DNA of 64,000 bases, from NCBI GenBank assembly GCA_965603825.1, contig CBFDEM010000052.1, positions 575,579 through 639,578 on the forward strand, read 5' to 3'. Positions within the stretch are counted from its first letter, which is position 1; every line of letters starts with the position of its first letter. Made by a program: the position numbers and the translations under genes. This stretch comes from Blepharisma stoltei ATCC 30299. Its lineage: Eukaryota; Protista; Ciliophora. Positions 61,969 to 64,000 of the stretch are shown piece after piece. Under the pieces are notes generated by a model. That model did not search any database. It worked only from the letters and a program-made list of their open reading frames with translations, and was not told the origin of the DNA.

Positions 61969-64000
61969 AGGGTGTTAGGGTGTTAGGGTGTTAGGGTGTT
62001 AGGGTGTTAGGGTGTTAGGGTGTTAGGGTGTTAGGGTGTTAGGGTTAGGGTGTTAGGGTGTTAGGGTGTTAGGGTGTTAGGGTGTTAGGGTGTTAGGGTG
62101 TTAGGGTGTTAGGGTGTTAGGGTGTTAGGGTGTTAGGGTGTTAGGGTGTTAGGGTGTTAGGGTGTTAGGGTGTTAGGGTGTTAGGGTGTTAGGGTGTTAG
62201 GGTGTTAGGGTGTTAGGGTGTTAGGGTGTTAGGGTGTTAGGGTGTTAGGGTGTAGGTGTTAGGGTGTTAGGGTGTTAGGGTGTTAGGGTGTTAGGGTGTT
62301 AGGGTGTTAGGGTGTTAGGTGTTAGGGTGTTAGGGTGTTAGGGTGTTAGGGTGTTAGGGTGTTAGGGTGTTAGGGTGTTAGGGTGTTAGGGTGTTAGGGT
62401 GTTAGGGTGTTAGGGTGTTAGGGTGTTAGGGTGTTAGGGTGTTAGGGTGTTAGGGTGTTAGGGTGTTAGGGTGTTAGGGTGTTAGGGTGTTAGGGTGTTA
62501 GGGTGTTAGGGTGTTAGGGTGTTAGGGTGTTAGGGTGTTAGGGTGTTAGGGTGTTAGGGTGTTAGGGTGTTAGGGTGTTAGGGTGTTAGGGTGTTAGGGT
62601 GTTAGGGTGTTAGGGTGTTAGGGTGTTAGGGTGTTAGGGTGTTAGGGTGTTAGGGTGTTAGGGTGTTAGGGTGTTAGGGTGTTAGGGTGTTAGGGTGTTA
62701 GGGTGTTAGGGTGTTAGGGTGTTAGGGTGTTAGGGTGTTAGGGTGTTAGGGTGTTAGGGTGTTAGGGTGTTAGGGTGTTAGGGTGTTAGGGTGTTAGGGT
62801 GTTAGGGTGTTAGGGTGTTAGGGTGTTAGGGTGTTAGGGTGTTAGGGTGTTAGGGTGTTAGGGTGTTAGGGTGTTAGGGTGTTAGGGTGTTAGGGTGTTA
62901 GGGTGTTAGGGTGTTAGGGTGTTAGGGTGTTAGGGTGTTAGGGTGTTAGGGTGTTAGGGTGTTAGGGTGTTAGGGTGTTAGGGTGTTAGGGTGTTAGGGT
63001 GTTAGGGTGTTAGGGTGTTAGGGTGTTAGGGTGTTAGGGTGTTAGGGTGTTAGGGTGTTAGGGTGTTAGGGTGTTAGGGTGTTAGGGTGTTAGGGTGTTA
63101 GGGTGTTAGGGTGTTAGGGTGTTAGGGTGTTAGGGTGTTAGGGTGTTAGGGTGTTAGGGTGTTAGGGTGTTAGGGTGTTAGGGTGTTAGGGTGTTAGGGT
63201 GTTAGGGTGTTAGGGTGTTAGGGTGTTAGGGTGTTAGGGTGTTAGGGTGTTAGGGTGTTAGGGTGTTAGGGTGTTAGGGTGTTAGGGTGTTAGGGTGTTA
63301 GGGTGTTAGGGTGTTAGGGTGTTAGGGTGTTAGGGTGTTAGGGTGTTAGGGTGTTAGGGTGTTAGGGTGTTAGGGTGTTAGGGTGTTAGGGTGTTAGGGT
63401 GTTAGGGTGTTAGGGTGTTAGGGTGTTAGGGTGTTAGGGTGTTAGGGTGTTAGGGTGTTAGGGTGTTAGGGTGTTAGGGTGTTAGGGTGTTAGGGTGTTA
63501 GGGTGTTAGGGTGTTAGGGTGTTAGGGTGTTAGGGTGTTAGGGTGTTAGGGTGTTAGGGTGTTAGGGTGTTAGGGTGTTAGGGTGTTAGGGTGTTAGGGT
63601 GTTAGGGTGTTAGGGTGTTAGGGTGTTAGGGTGTTAGGGTGTTAGGGTGTTAGGGTGTTAGGGTGTTAGGGTGTTAGGGTGTTAGGGTGTTAGGGTGTTA
63701 GGGTGTTAGGGTGTTAGGGTGTTAGGGTGTTAGGGTGTTAGGGTGTTAGGGTGTTAGGGTGTTAGGGTGTTAGGGTGTTAGGGTGTTTGGGTGTTAGGGT
63801 GTTAGGGTGTTAGGGTGTTAGGGTGTTAGGGTGTTAGGGTGTTAGGGTGTTGGGTGTTAGGGTGTTAGGGTGTTAGGGTGTTAGGGTGTTAGGGTGTTAG
63901 GGTGTTAGGGTGTTAGGGTGTTAGGGTGTTAGGGTTAGGGTGTTAGGGTGTTAGGGTGTTAGGGTGTTAGGGTGTTAGGGTGTTAGGGTGTTAGGGTGTT
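61969..64000 (+). repeat. Telomeric repeat (GGGTGTTA)n = CCCTAACA, about 250 units, running off the window
   Basis: Direct observation; G-rich strand runs 5'->3' toward the end; a few variant units. Confidence 0.99.

Noticed and set aside
61969-64000. CRISPR array or satellite
   Set aside because: No spacers; terminal G-rich 8-mer in telomeric orientation.

Overview
Right-hand end of a gene-dense, AT-rich chromosome from a heterotrich ciliate macronucleus, most likely Blepharisma. Three things support this. (1) It ends in about 2 kb of (GGGTGTTA)n, i.e. CCCTAACA-type telomere. (2) TGA is a sense codon for Trp: it fills conserved Trp positions and swaps with TGG between paralogs, while genes end in TAA/TAG. 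(3) Introns are 15-16 nt, GTA...AG, with an A six nt from the 3' end. The supplied ORF track therefore fragments many genes, which I re-joined by hand. Content is about 40 protein genes (thiolase, B-box/NYN/LOTUS protein, USP, PKG, FHA-RING, PDE, Dbp5, CDK, PSMB3, two CDPK-like pseudokinases, TMEM138, a bacterial-type D-Ala-D-Ala carboxypeptidase, ERCC1, GBP, Dpy-30, ATP11, a CNBD K+ channel, PH-TTC39, DUSP, NEK-kelch and others) plus one solitary 5S rRNA gene. The subtelomere holds decayed kelch fragments and three paralogous copies of a Cys-rich secreted-protein gene. Best leads: a perfect TA-bounded 56-nt palindrome inserted in a pseudogene (retained IES/MITE-like); an internal paralog that preserves the probable pre-telomere sequence and shows AGGGT microhomology at the telomere junction; an unannotated multi-stem RNA-like element near 25.7 kb; a MARF1-like B-box-NYN-LOTUS protein; and EF-hand pseudokinases. 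All assignments are by-eye motif recognition; no searches were run.
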